DNA from: Bdellovibrionota bacterium
Lineage (GTDB): Bacteria; Bdellovibrionota_C; UBA2361; OMII01
Assembly: GCA_044345405.1 (NCBI GenBank)
Contig: JBIJBE010000014.1
Span: 17,170 to 81,169 of the forward strand
Reading direction: 5' to 3'
Length of the DNA stretch: 64,000 nucleotides
Under the pieces are notes generated by a model. It did no database searches. It was not told the DNA's origin and saw only the letters and a list, made by a program, of their open reading frames with translations. The position numbers and the translations under genes were made by a program. Positions 1 to 9,403 of the stretch are shown here, in pieces (positions within the stretch are counted from its first letter, which is position 1; each line of letters starts with the position of its first letter).

Positions 1-134
1 TCGCACGCGACGCGCGCCGCCGGATCGTTCTTGAGGAAGGCGTCCAACATCGCGTCGCTTAATTGGTCCGCGACCTTGTCTGGATGTCCTTCGGAGACTG
101 ACTCGGAGGTGAAGAGGTATTGTTCTGTGGCCAC
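1..134 (-). CDS. metK: S-adenosylmethionine synthetase, 5' end only (runs off the window edge)
   Basis: Not in the ORF track. Manual translation from GTG at 134 gives (M)[43 protein letters not shown], containing the MetK signature [13 protein letters not shown]. Confidence 0.96.
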   Translation of the reverse strand, partial: MATEQYLFTSESVSEGHPDKVADQLSDAMLDAFLKNDPAARVAC

Positions 135-256
135 GTTGCGGGGTCCTTCGTTGAAAATAATCGATTGCCGAGCAGGATAGAACGGTGGTGGGGAGCGGGC
201 AAGGGAGAAGTGATGAGGGCTGTGTTAGGGCAGACTGGGGGATAGGCAACCGCTCC

Positions 257-1150
257 TCAGATGTCGCGGTGCTTAACGCTTACCAAGTAGTGTTCCGTAT
301 CGGCCCGTTTGGCGAGCGCCTCCGCTATCGCGACCGAGCGATGTTTGCCGCCGGTGCACCCTATCCCGACGTTAAGGTATGCCTTCCCCTCTCCCTGGTA
401 CCGGGGCAGGAGGAACGCCAGGAGATTCGAATATCGATCGACGAACTCGGAAGCCTCGGGGGTTCCAAATACATACTCCCGAACCGCCGGGTCTCGGCCG
501 TCCTGTTGTCGAAGCTCCTCAACGAAATGGGGGTTTCGAAGAAAGCGAACATCCACCACGAGGTCGCAATCGAGGGGAATTCCGTGTTTGAACCCAAAGG
601 AGAGGAAGTTAATCCGCATGCTCGATCGTCCGACCGATCCCAGGGAATCCAAGAACTGCCGGAGCTCGCGACGCAGGGCGTGGATGTTGAACGTGGAGGT
701 GTCTATGAGGAAATCTGCCGCTTCCTTAATGGGTTGGAGACGCGTTCGTTCACGGGCGATAGTGTCCCTGAGGGTGGTGTCCTTAGCCGCGTCAAAGCCT
801 GGGTGCGGGCGTCGCGTTTCGCTGTAGCGGCGGACTATCGACTGATCGTCCGCGTCTAGAAAGATGACCTTTAGATTTTCAGGGCGGTTTCCCTTGCTCT
901 CAATAATGGAGAGGAGTTGTACGCGGCTCTCCCGTGAGTCGACGTCGATGAGTAGAGCCGTGTTTCTATATCGGGCGACAGTCGCCTTTGAGAGATCGAA
1001 AAACTGACCGAGAAGAGGAACTGGAAGGTTGTCGACTACATAGTACCCACTGTCCGCGAGCAGGGCCATGGCGGAGGATTTTCCAGCGCCAGAGAGCCCT
1101 GTCACGATGATCAGTGAGTTAATGTGGTCAAATCGAAGCGGGGGGTTCAA
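257..1150 (-). CDS. rapZ: RNase adapter protein RapZ (P-loop, YhbJ/YvcJ family)
   Basis: Walker A GLSGAGKS, VVDNLP, RRYSETRRPHP, SFGFKHGIP, DVRFLRNP, GCTGGKHRSV; lies in the rpoN cluster. Confidence 0.96.
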   Translation of the reverse strand: MNPPLRFDHINSLIIVTGLSGAGKSSAMALLADSGYYVVDNLPVPLLGQFFDLSKATVARYRNTALLIDVDSRESRVQLLSIIESKGNRPENLKVIFLDADDQSIVRRYSETRRPHPGFDAAKDTTLRDTIARERTRLQPIKEAADFLIDTSTFNIHALRRELRQFLDSLGSVGRSSMRINFLSFGFKHGIPLDCDLVVDVRFLRNPHFVEELRQQDGRDPAVREYVFGTPEASEFVDRYSNLLAFLLPRYQGEGKAYLNVGIGCTGGKHRSVAIAEALAKRADTEHYLVSVKHRDI

Positions 1151-1461
1151 TGGTGTTTCGTTACCTTCTCTTTATGTTTGCGAAGTTGCTGCGAGAGCGC
1201 GTCGGTCAACTTGTCTATCGACGCGTAGAGACTATCACTCTCCTCTTTCACAATGAAGTCATGACCTGAAAGGTGCATGGAGATTTCAGCGATCTGTCGG
1301 GTCTTCTCAACCTTGAGAACAACGTGGGCATCCGTGTCGGCGTGAGCGAACTTTTGCACGCAGTGTTTTACCTTCTCAGTGGCGTACTGCTTGATCGCGT
1401 CGGTCGAGTCGATATTAAGAAAGGCGATGCTTACGTTGATTACTTTTGCTGAGTCAACCAT
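1147..1461 (-). CDS. hpf: Ribosome hibernation promoting factor (short HPF/RaiA family)
   Basis: STDAIKQYATEKV, ESDSLYASID...LSQQLRKHKEK; directly downstream of rpoN. Confidence 0.92.
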   Translation of the reverse strand: MVDSAKVINVSIAFLNIDSTDAIKQYATEKVKHCVQKFAHADTDAHVVLKVEKTRQIAEISMHLSGHDFIVKEESDSLYASIDKLTDALSQQLRKHKEKVTKHH

Positions 1462-1863
1462 ACGGTCTCCGTTTATACACTACACGTTAGTAAAAACTTT
1501 CGCACCCTCACGCGCATCGGTGGTGAGGGAAAGACGTGCTAGGCAACCGACGCATTCGAAAATCGAAGCTCGGGCCGCGACGTGCATCCACATAAGCAGG
1601 TTATCCACCCTAGATTGTGAAAGTAAAGAGCAAAGTGGGACGGTGGTAGCGCGTTTTGTTTGTTCGCTCCGTCGAGATGGTGATGGTGTCCCCATGGTGT
1701 CGCCTTCACAGGAGTATTCGGAAGGTTTCGAGGTGAACATGAACGTTTGAGCCTAATAGGATGGATTAGTGAGTGGTAATGTATTTTGCTGAGTAGAACG
1801 GGCTACTTTCCTATGCCCAATGGGGCTCCTCTCTCCTCAGAGAGTTTCGTAGAGACCCCATTT

Positions 1864-3324
1864 TTAGATGATCTTCTTTCGTTGAGACGAGGAGGCGATA
1901 CCGAGGCTTTCGCGGTACTTCGCGACGGTGCGTCGGGCGATATCGATCTTTTCCGCCTTAAGGGTCTCGACGATCTGTTGGTCGCTGATCGGGTTCGCTG
2001 GAGCCTCCGCCGCGACGATCGCCTTAATTCTCTCCTTAACGGAGGATGAGGAGATGTCACCGGTGGAGGTTTTAATGCCAGAGGTGAAGAAGAATTTCAG
2101 CTCAAAGATACCTTGAGGTGTGTGCACGTACTTGTCAGTGGTCACACGGCTTACGGTGGACTCGTGCATGTCGATGTCATCGGCGACATCTTTGAGCACG
2201 AGAGGTTTGAGTCGCTCGATCCCTTGTTCGAGGAAGGGACGTTGAAACTTCATGATACTCTCGGTGACTCGGTAAATCGTTTGTTGTCGCTGCTGGATGC
2301 TCTTGATCAGCCACGAGGCCGCGCGAAGACGCTCGGTGAGGTAGGTTTTGTTCGCGGAGTCCGGTTCTCTGAGTAGTTCGGAGTAGTATGGACTGATACG
2401 AAGACGGGGAATTCCCTCCTCGTTGAGGGTGATTACCCAGTCGTTTCCTACTTTTTGAACGTACACATCAGGAACGACGTAGCGGGTTGTCTCGTCTGAG
2501 TATGCGCGTCCCGGTTTAGGATCGAGCGTTCGAATTGATCTGATGGCGCGAGCGACATCGTCTATTAGTACTCGCTCCGCCTTTGCGATCTGGTCGTATT
2601 TACGTTTTTCGAGCTTATCGGTGTGATTTCTAATGATACGGGATTCGAGGCTTTCTCCGAGACCTCGGAACTCAAGCTGGGTGAGGAGACACTCCTGTAA
2701 GGAGCGGGTACACGAGCCCACGGGCTCAAAGAAGCGGAGGGCGTCCGCAACCATCGCGACATCCTCAACGTCACTTGAGGTAGCCGCCGCTATCTCCTCA
2801 TACGAACACTCGAGGTAGCCATCACGATCGAGGTTTCCGGCTATGTGTTGGGCTATCAGTCGATCTTGTGCGGAGAAATCGTGGAGTCGGACCTGATTGA
2901 GGAGGTGTTGCTCAAGACTCGCTCCCGCGGCTGACGCGACCTCTTGGAGAGGTCGCTCGTCGTACTCCGATTGTCCCTTAGCTGACGCCGACCCTCGATA
3001 GTCGGTGAAGGCGTCAGAGAAATCGTCCCAGTCTGCCTTCGGCTCGACAGCGGTGCTGTTCCCGAGGGATTCGTCAGAGGTTCCGCTTGTATTGGGATTC
3101 GAGAGGATCGTTGGTTCGTGAGGGTGCTGTTCAGGAGAAGGAAGACCGTGGGCTTGAACCTCCTCACGCATCTCTTCGAGCGCTGGGTTCTCTAATAACT
3201 CCCGTTCAATAGCTTCCTTGTACTCAAGTCGCCCCAATTGGAGCAGCTTGATCGCCTGCTGAAGCTGGGGGGTCATCAGCAGTGATTGACCCATTTTTTG
3301 AACGAGCTTTGTTTCTAAACCCAT
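1864..3324 (-). CDS. rpoN: RNA polymerase sigma-54 factor
   Basis: MTPQLQQAIKLLQL region I, HESTVSR HTH, RpoN box ARRTVAKYRE. Confidence 0.98.
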   Translation of the reverse strand: MGLETKLVQKMGQSLLMTPQLQQAIKLLQLGRLEYKEAIERELLENPALEEMREEVQAHGLPSPEQHPHEPTILSNPNTSGTSDESLGNSTAVEPKADWDDFSDAFTDYRGSASAKGQSEYDERPLQEVASAAGASLEQHLLNQVRLHDFSAQDRLIAQHIAGNLDRDGYLECSYEEIAAATSSDVEDVAMVADALRFFEPVGSCTRSLQECLLTQLEFRGLGESLESRIIRNHTDKLEKRKYDQIAKAERVLIDDVARAIRSIRTLDPKPGRAYSDETTRYVVPDVYVQKVGNDWVITLNEEGIPRLRISPYYSELLREPDSANKTYLTERLRAASWLIKSIQQRQQTIYRVTESIMKFQRPFLEQGIERLKPLVLKDVADDIDMHESTVSRVTTDKYVHTPQGIFELKFFFTSGIKTSTGDISSSSVKERIKAIVAAEAPANPISDQQIVETLKAEKIDIARRTVAKYRESLGIASSSQRKKII

Positions 3325-3404
3325 ACCGTTCTGTTTACCTCATTGGGACGGCATTCTAGAGCAGTCCCTCTGTTACTAGATGACCAAAGTGGGGGTGATC
3401 GAAC

Positions 3405-3419
3405 GCAGAAAAGTTGCCA
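3405..3419 (-). promoter_or_regulatory. Candidate sigma-54 -24/-12 site upstream of rpoN
   Basis: Minus strand reads TGGCAACTTTTCTGC, with GG and GC at canonical -24/-12 spacing, about 80 bp upstream of the rpoN start. Confidence 0.4.
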
Positions 3420-3609
3420 CTCTATGCAAAAATCGATCACATCGCCCTGGGACATGAGGAGTAGGCGCTAAAAAGGTAGGTCTTTCGGCATGTTGGCGGA
3501 CAGAGGCGTTGTTTGACGATCGGCCGATCGTACGAAGCGGTGACCTGGGCAAAGCCGACGAGGGCATCCTCCTGTCGTATTGTGCTACAGCGAGAGTGAA
3601 GGGGGACGC

Positions 3610-4338
3610 CTAGAGCCGGAAGTCACCACCGAGGTAGTATCGCTTCGCTTTCTCAGAGTTCGCGATAGCCATCGGAGTGCCCTCTTCAAGAACCCGACCA
3701 TCGACCAGGATGTAGGCGCGGGTGCAGATCCCGAGGGTCTCGCGCACGTTGTGGTCGGTGATGAGAACTCCGATCCCCTTCATTTGAAGGGAGGAGATGA
3801 GCTCCTGGATATCCTTGATAGCAAGGGGATCGATACCGGCGAATGGTTCGTCGAGCAGGATGAATTGCGGATTCCGCGAGAGGCATCTCGCGATCTCGAC
3901 ACGACGTCGCTCGCCACCGGAGAGCGCGCTCGCCATGCTATCCCGAAGTCCCCACAATCCAAGCTCCTCGAGGAGCTCTTTAAGGCGGGCCTCTCGAGCT
4001 TGTGACGAGGGGAAGCTCATCGTCTCGAGGATGGCGAGAACGTTCTCTCGAACGGTCAGTTTTCGAAAAACTGAGGCCTCCTGTGGAAGGTATCCGATAC
4101 CAAGGTGCGCACGGGCATACATCGGTTGCTTCGTAACATCGGAACCGTTCAGGGTCACGCTCCCGGTGTCGGGAGCGACTACCCCTACGCACATGTAGAA
4201 GGTGGTTGTTTTGCCTGCGCCGTTCGGTCCGAGGAGCCCAACGATCTCACCCGCGTTAACGGATATTGAGACGCCGTGAACGACCTTACGGCCGCCGTAC
4301 TGTTTGGTTACGTCATTCGTTCGAAGGGTATTGGTCAT
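3610..4338 (-). CDS. lptB: LPS export ABC transporter ATP-binding protein LptB
   Basis: [56 protein letters not shown]-terminal YLGGDFRL; upstream of rpoN. Confidence 0.97.
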   Translation of the reverse strand: MTNTLRTNDVTKQYGGRKVVHGVSISVNAGEIVGLLGPNGAGKTTTFYMCVGVVAPDTGSVTLNGSDVTKQPMYARAHLGIGYLPQEASVFRKLTVRENVLAILETMSFPSSQAREARLKELLEELGLWGLRDSMASALSGGERRRVEIARCLSRNPQFILLDEPFAGIDPLAIKDIQELISSLQMKGIGVLITDHNVRETLGICTRAYILVDGRVLEEGTPMAIANSEKAKRYYLGGDFRL

Positions 4339-4352
4339 GAGTGCGCGAGTCG

Positions 4353-5651
4353 CTAGCGGTGATTCCGTTGTGGGCGATGACGACCGCCGTGGTGGTGGTG
4401 GTGTCCATCGTGCCCATGATCTCCAGCCTCATGAAGGAGTGGCTTCAAGAGGGTTATTCGCTGTGCATCTTCCTTCGAGAGGCACGTTACCTCAAGTAGG
4501 GATATGAGATCGGGAAGGAGGGATGATCGCTTGAAGGCGTTCACCTTGAGCGCTTTCGGTGGTACCGAACGTACGCGCGACCAAAGTCCGAGAAGAAGTT
4601 GAATGCGCTCGCGCTCCTTTTTAGGAACAACGAGACGGGTGAAGCACGACGCGAGACGCTCTGAGAGGTCAGATGCCTCGGGAAGTCGCTCTGCCAGGTC
4701 TGAGAGCCAGACAGAGTCTCCCGCGATAAACATCGCGACGATTGTCAGAATCACGGTGGTTGAGGGAGCCTCGTCCTCGGCTACCATTTCATCGATCCGC
4801 TCCAGACATTGGCTGAAATCGCTCTCGGCGCTGAGGAGCCTGCCGTTGTTTTCAAGAAGCTCTGGAAGGATGAACTCAAGGATTCCGGTTTCACCCAGAA
4901 GGTGGAGGATAGTAAGGAGGTGTCCGGAGGTGAAATCCTTCTTGAGTTCGTCGAAAACTCTGACCTGAGAGCTCTGGGTGATGAGACTGGCGTTGGCGAG
5001 AATGGCGTCCCAGCATCCGTTATTAATACGGAAGCCGTTTCGAGCGGAGTGGCGCACGACGCGTAGCATTCGCACCGGGTCCTCTCGAAAACGCGTCGCC
5101 GGATCGCCAATGACTCGAACGATCCCATCCTTCAGATCCTGCATGCCGCCGACGTAGTCGAGGATCTCCATAGTGGAGACATCTAGGAAGAGTCCGTTAA
5201 TCGTAAGATCTCGTCGGAACGCGTCGGTGGCCTCGGTGCCGTAAATGTTATCGCTCGCCACCGGAGCGGAGGTTGGATCGCCCTCAGTCGCTTCGGGAGG
5301 TTCGACCGTATCTCGGAACGTTGAAACCTCGATATTCTTACCGTGCGCGAAGTAGAGATGCGCGAGCTTGAATCGACGCCCAATAATACGACAATTCCGA
5401 AAGAGGGATTTTATCTCGCGAGGCGTAGCGTCCGTTGAGATATCGAAATCCTTCGGTGTCTTGCCAAGCACGAGGTCTCGAACTCCTCCGCCGACAACGT
5501 AGGCTTTGAAGCCCGCGCGCTGTAGTCGGTAGACTATTTTCCTCGCGTCGTCATCGATCTGGTTTTTCCGAATCGGGTGGTCGCTTGGACCGTAGATCGT
5601 CGCGGCGATCTCCTCGACGTTTTCTGCTATGGTGTGGTCGGACTGGGACAT
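4353..5651 (-). CDS. pcnB: Poly(A) polymerase I (PcnB)
   Basis: VGGGVRD, KDFDIST, RRDLTIN and EDPVRMLR motifs plus the PAP-specific signature [11 protein letters not shown]; His-rich C-terminal tail. Confidence 0.9.
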   Translation of the reverse strand: MSQSDHTIAENVEEIAATIYGPSDHPIRKNQIDDDARKIVYRLQRAGFKAYVVGGGVRDLVLGKTPKDFDISTDATPREIKSLFRNCRIIGRRFKLAHLYFAHGKNIEVSTFRDTVEPPEATEGDPTSAPVASDNIYGTEATDAFRRDLTINGLFLDVSTMEILDYVGGMQDLKDGIVRVIGDPATRFREDPVRMLRVVRHSARNGFRINNGCWDAILANASLITQSSQVRVFDELKKDFTSGHLLTILHLLGETGILEFILPELLENNGRLLSAESDFSQCLERIDEMVAEDEAPSTTVILTIVAMFIAGDSVWLSDLAERLPEASDLSERLASCFTRLVVPKKERERIQLLLGLWSRVRSVPPKALKVNAFKRSSLLPDLISLLEVTCLSKEDAQRITLLKPLLHEAGDHGHDGHHHHHGGRHRPQRNHR

Positions 5652-6331
5652 CTCTTAGGAACTTTTATCGTGGGTACTTCTACAACTAACCCGTACATCG
5701 TTCGTCAGGGGAGTGCGCACTCGTGCGCGTCTCTCTCTGTCGCAACTACGTGGTGCGTACTCCTTCGTCTTGATAAGTACGCACAGAGCACCCCCGGTCG
5801 ATCCTTTCTCTGTGAATTCGCTCAACCTGCGTCGTGGACGAATGGATGAGACAGTAAAATCAGCACGTTGAGCATCGGGCACTCTGCCCCATAGTGTAGG
5901 GTGCCCCGCCGGATTTCTCAAGGGAATAGCCGGCTGAAGGGGTCGCCAAACCAAGTTTGCCCGAATTTTCGAGGTTTTTTGAGCGGAGAGATCCGGCTGG
6001 ATGAGTCAAACGTCCCGATCCGGCTCGTTGCTAATGCTAGTTATTACAGGGGGTTGTGACGAGCTTTGCGCTGGTGGACGCAGCTCGTAAAGGTGCTCAA
6101 GTTTCCGCCATACCCTTCCGACTGTCTCTCTACAGGCGGTGATAGTGAATCCGCCGCCCAGGCTCTTTTGGGCAGTAGGCAGTGAGATGTTTCTCAAGAA
6201 GTGCCGATTCATCAGGCATGCGGTTCTAAGTCTGATGTGAGGGAAGTTTACAAGCGGTGTTGTGGCGACGGTAGTACCCAAACAGACGAGGTTGGTACGA
6301 CACTCACTTATTACTCACGGAGGAGTAATAT

Positions 6332-6580
6332 ATGGATAGAGGCATTTTCCCACACGAAATGACGGACCCTGATTTTCAGTGGCTGATCAAAAATTATTGC
6401 GAAACGAGAGGGCCGGTCGCCATTGTCGACTCCGGTTGTCTACCCCTCGTAATGGTTCTTCTGGACGAGAATGCTAAAGCGCTCGTCAATCAGGAGATAT
6501 TCTCCCATAACATTATGGGTGTGCTGGCCGGCGGCTCTGATGAGGCTGCTCCGGTTGAGGACACGAAGAAAGAGGGATGA
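6332..6580 (+). CDS. Small hypothetical protein
   Basis: 82 aa ORF with a strong RBS (GGAGGAG) before the ATG; no recognisable motif. Confidence 0.65.
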   Translation: MDRGIFPHEMTDPDFQWLIKNYCETRGPVAIVDSGCLPLVMVLLDENAKALVNQEIFSHNIMGVLAGGSDEAAPVEDTKKEG

Positions 6581-6611
6581 TCCCCTAGGACAGCGGGTGT
6601 CTCGCCCGTTT

Positions 6612-6929
6612 CTATGGAATCATATCGAGCTCTCGGTACGACTCCGCGAGTATCTCACACGGCGCGTCGCTCGAGAGAGCGCTCCACAGCGACTTGCCGC
6701 ACGAAGCGTAGTACTCGCCTGGATCGAGGGGAGGTACGAATGGGGCTGGTGTCTGTCGCGCGACCTGCGCGGCAAGGCGCCGGTCTACCTTGCCGTCCTT
6801 CGAGTCTTTGACCCAACCGAAAAGCCATAGGGCGCCCGATATTGAGCAGCAGATTACCAAGACCGTTACGAAGAGAAGGATCTCCGCCTCACCTTCCTGA
6901 CCCCGTTTTGAGCGATAGAGCTTCGTCAT
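6612..6929 (-). CDS. Small membrane-anchored hypothetical protein (prepilin-like N-terminus)
   Basis: From ATG at 6929: MTKLYRSKRGQEGEAEILLFVTVLVICCSISGALWLFGW, a basic leader, G/Q site and one TM helix. The ORF track extends it to 6980. Confidence 0.55.
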   Translation of the reverse strand: MTKLYRSKRGQEGEAEILLFVTVLVICCSISGALWLFGWVKDSKDGKVDRRLAAQVARQTPAPFVPPLDPGEYYASCGKSLWSALSSDAPCEILAESYRELDMIP

Positions 6930-7117
6930 TGTGACCTTGCGAGAAGAGGGGCCCGATTCGTTAGGTATTCGTCCCCTCACTAGTCATCTATCGTTATGGT
7001 CCGAATTAGTTCGGATGTGCTCTACGCCAATCCCATTAACTTGCTGATATTATTGAGCTTGGCCGTGTGGCTTAGCGCTGTTCACCGGGATGGAGTCAGG
7101 AAGACCCTTACTTCTGA

Positions 7118-9190
7118 CTATACTTGCTGGTCACCGGTCACCCCAACCCAGCTAACCCGTTCCCGAAAAGCTGGATGGGCGACAACCGCTTCGAGCCCCG
7201 TTCGGTGGTCGATTGACCATGCGACCCTGGGCTCCTCAACCACGATGAGGGACGGTCGAGTCGCGGTACCCAAAAGCATGGCGTGCGCGATCGCGAGAAG
7301 TCTGCGCTGCTGAGTCGTCAGTAGTGTGACCGGCATTCCGAGTGGAAGCTCCGTGAGTCCCAGTAACGAAGCGAGCTCGACCACCTCCTTCATCTTGGGA
7401 AGGGCTCGTAAGGTCTCCCGCGATGCGGAGATGGTGGCGTTTAAGATCTCCCACAACGTTCTCCCTTTGAAGGTGATCTCACGAGCCGGTGAACGGAACC
7501 GAGAGCCCCAACAGGTATGACACGGCTCGCTTATGGCGGAGATTGCGTTCTCGTTGATGAGGATTCCGGTTCCTTTACAGGCGCTACACACCATGGATGA
7601 CTGACGGAGTTGTCCGAGTAGGAGGTCCCGAGCGGTAAGGCCGAGCATCTTCGCTTGATGGGAAGCGGCGAACATCTTCGCGAGCGGTTCGATAACGCCG
7701 AGAGCGTGCGCTATCAATCGCGAGTGACTCGATTTCGCGGGGAAGAGTGGTATGAAGTGCGGCGTGAACGCCGAGACGGGTTCTGATGCTATAAGATCGT
7801 GGGGTGAGCCGGAGAGGTGGTCGTAGAGAGCCGCCGCCATTCGGCGATCGTTCAGCGACGATGGGATCGTAAGTTCACTCCACACACCGCGCCCCGCCTT
7901 AATCCGAAGTGGTGGTTCGGTGTGGATGGTAATGGTCGTCACCGGCCGAGCGCTCTCTACTTGAGAGCTCGGTGGCGGAGCTGAATGCGGCTCGGCTTCT
8001 GTTATCCACACGAGAGGTGACGTTGTAGAGGTCCGTTCAACGAGATCTTTGACGCCTGAGAGGAGGTCGTGTGAGAAGAGTGCTGACGGCGCGGTGAAAA
8101 GGCGAAGCTCGGTTTTGCTCTCTGCGCTCCGTGAATGGGCAATCAATACGAGCGACGCGAGCGTCCGAGGGGCGAGCTCTGTCGTGCTCGCGTTGAGGGG
8201 GATCTCCGTCAAGGATAGTGCGGGGAGGTATTCTTTTTGGATATCACTGAAGAGAGTGTCCGCCATCGTACCGGTGAGCGCTCGCTGTAACGGCGACGCG
8301 AGAAGTTCGGCGAGTGGGATGCCGTCGATGATTCGATATCCCTCATGCGTCGGGCGCGCTGTCCCTGGGCGTTCGATAAGCTCCCGCGCTACCGATGATC
8401 TACATGGAGAGAGGGTTAGGTCGCACCGCGCGCACCTGCCGTTCCACCCGAACTCCTCGATCGAATTCCCGTGTGTGATGGTGAGCCACGATTCTTTAAG
8501 TTGTCGAGTGCTTGAGAGAATTGGTTCCAGCTTCTGAAGGGGGGCGCGTTCGCAGGTGAGGGAGTCGATTCGAACCGAACTGCGTCCTTGGATTGGCGAT
8601 GACGCGGTGAAGCCATTCTCGCCGGCCCACGACGATATCTCCTCAATCGAACCTGTCAGCTCGATTCGAAGGTCGTTCCCTCGTTGGGTTGAGAGAAGAT
8701 GGTCGCAGAGTTCCACCGCGGTATGAAAGAGTGAGAGTGGCTGGGCGCAGTTTGGGCAGCTCGCCCAACGACTCCTCATCGCGGCGGCGACGAGTGGCTC
8801 CGTAAGTTCAAGAAGCGAGGCGACGCTTTGTTGGCGACCGTGGAGCTCTTCAAGTGCGTGGTAACGAACACGAGGACATATGGCGCTCATATCGGAGTTG
8901 GGGAGGGGGGGAGGTATCCCGCCCGCCCGAATCTCCTCGATAAAGCGCTCACGTTGCTCCGCGCGAGCCGCCACACCGTGTATCCAGACCAGCTCTGTAT
9001 CTCCGTGTGCATCGGGCGCGATGATACGCACTCCTCGCTCAGGGATGCCGGTGTCTACCGTGATGACCGCCTGTGAGCGATCGATCGGAGAGCCGGTCGC
9101 AAGGGAGTAAAATCGTTGTGGGGAGAACGCGCGTAAGGGCATGGGTTCTTGGATGGTACGATCCGATATGGGTTGGGGCAAGATTGGCAT
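7118..9190 (-). CDS. UvrA-like protein with degenerate ATPase motifs
   Basis: Colinear similarity to UvrA (SCPNCAQPL, CARC, CSACKGTG, PCHTCWGSRF..EITFKGRTLWEILNAT, LGLTELPLGMPVTLL, IVVEEP), but no Walker A and no LSGGE signature. True start may be the downstream ATG (MPLRAF). Confidence 0.8.
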   Translation of the reverse strand: MPILPQPISDRTIQEPMPLRAFSPQRFYSLATGSPIDRSQAVITVDTGIPERGVRIIAPDAHGDTELVWIHGVAARAEQRERFIEEIRAGGIPPPLPNSDMSAICPRVRYHALEELHGRQQSVASLLELTEPLVAAAMRSRWASCPNCAQPLSLFHTAVELCDHLLSTQRGNDLRIELTGSIEEISSWAGENGFTASSPIQGRSSVRIDSLTCERAPLQKLEPILSSTRQLKESWLTITHGNSIEEFGWNGRCARCDLTLSPCRSSVARELIERPGTARPTHEGYRIIDGIPLAELLASPLQRALTGTMADTLFSDIQKEYLPALSLTEIPLNASTTELAPRTLASLVLIAHSRSAESKTELRLFTAPSALFSHDLLSGVKDLVERTSTTSPLVWITEAEPHSAPPPSSQVESARPVTTITIHTEPPLRIKAGRGVWSELTIPSSLNDRRMAAALYDHLSGSPHDLIASEPVSAFTPHFIPLFPAKSSHSRLIAHALGVIEPLAKMFAASHQAKMLGLTARDLLLGQLRQSSMVCSACKGTGILINENAISAISEPCHTCWGSRFRSPAREITFKGRTLWEILNATISASRETLRALPKMKEVVELASLLGLTELPLGMPVTLLTTQQRRLLAIAHAMLLGTATRPSLIVVEEPRVAWSIDHRTGLEAVVAHPAFRERVSWVGVTGDQQV

Positions 9191-9196
9191 GTGTCG

Positions 9197-9401
9197 TTGA
9201 CGATTACGTCGACGTGGACCGTCTCACGTGGACGGTCGACGTTTGTCGGGTTACGTCAGACGTAGACGTGGGCCGTCATCGGGTTAGACATGAGGTCTCG
9301 ACTATGGCAGGCGGATGGCGAAGCATGGGGGGTATTACCGTTGCCCGTCAAATAAAGAGGCGAACGCTGTCCTTGACGATTACGTCGACGGGGATCGTCA
9401 A
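9197..9401. repeat. Intergenic GTCGAC/GTGGAC-rich element with an 18-bp direct repeat
   Basis: TTGACGATTACGTCGACG at 9197-9214 and 9373-9390; hairpins GACCGTC/GACGGTC and TTGACGAT/ATCGTCAA. Confidence 0.7.
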
Positions 9402-9403
9402 AT

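Noticed and set aside
135-256. SAM riboswitch upstream of metK
   Set aside because: No SAM-I or SAM-II core motifs are recognisable; only a promoter-like TTGCCC-16-TATCCT is present.
185-859. 224 aa plus-strand ORF
   Set aside because: Antisense shadow of rapZ with no motifs.
1585-1610. DnaA-box-like words (ATCCACA, TTATCCACC) in the rpoN-hpf gap
   Set aside because: Only imperfect matches, with no cluster, AT-rich unwinding element or dnaA nearby, so not an origin.
5800-6330. tmRNA, RNase P, SRP or 6S RNA
   Set aside because: None of their conserved sequence hallmarks could be found by eye.
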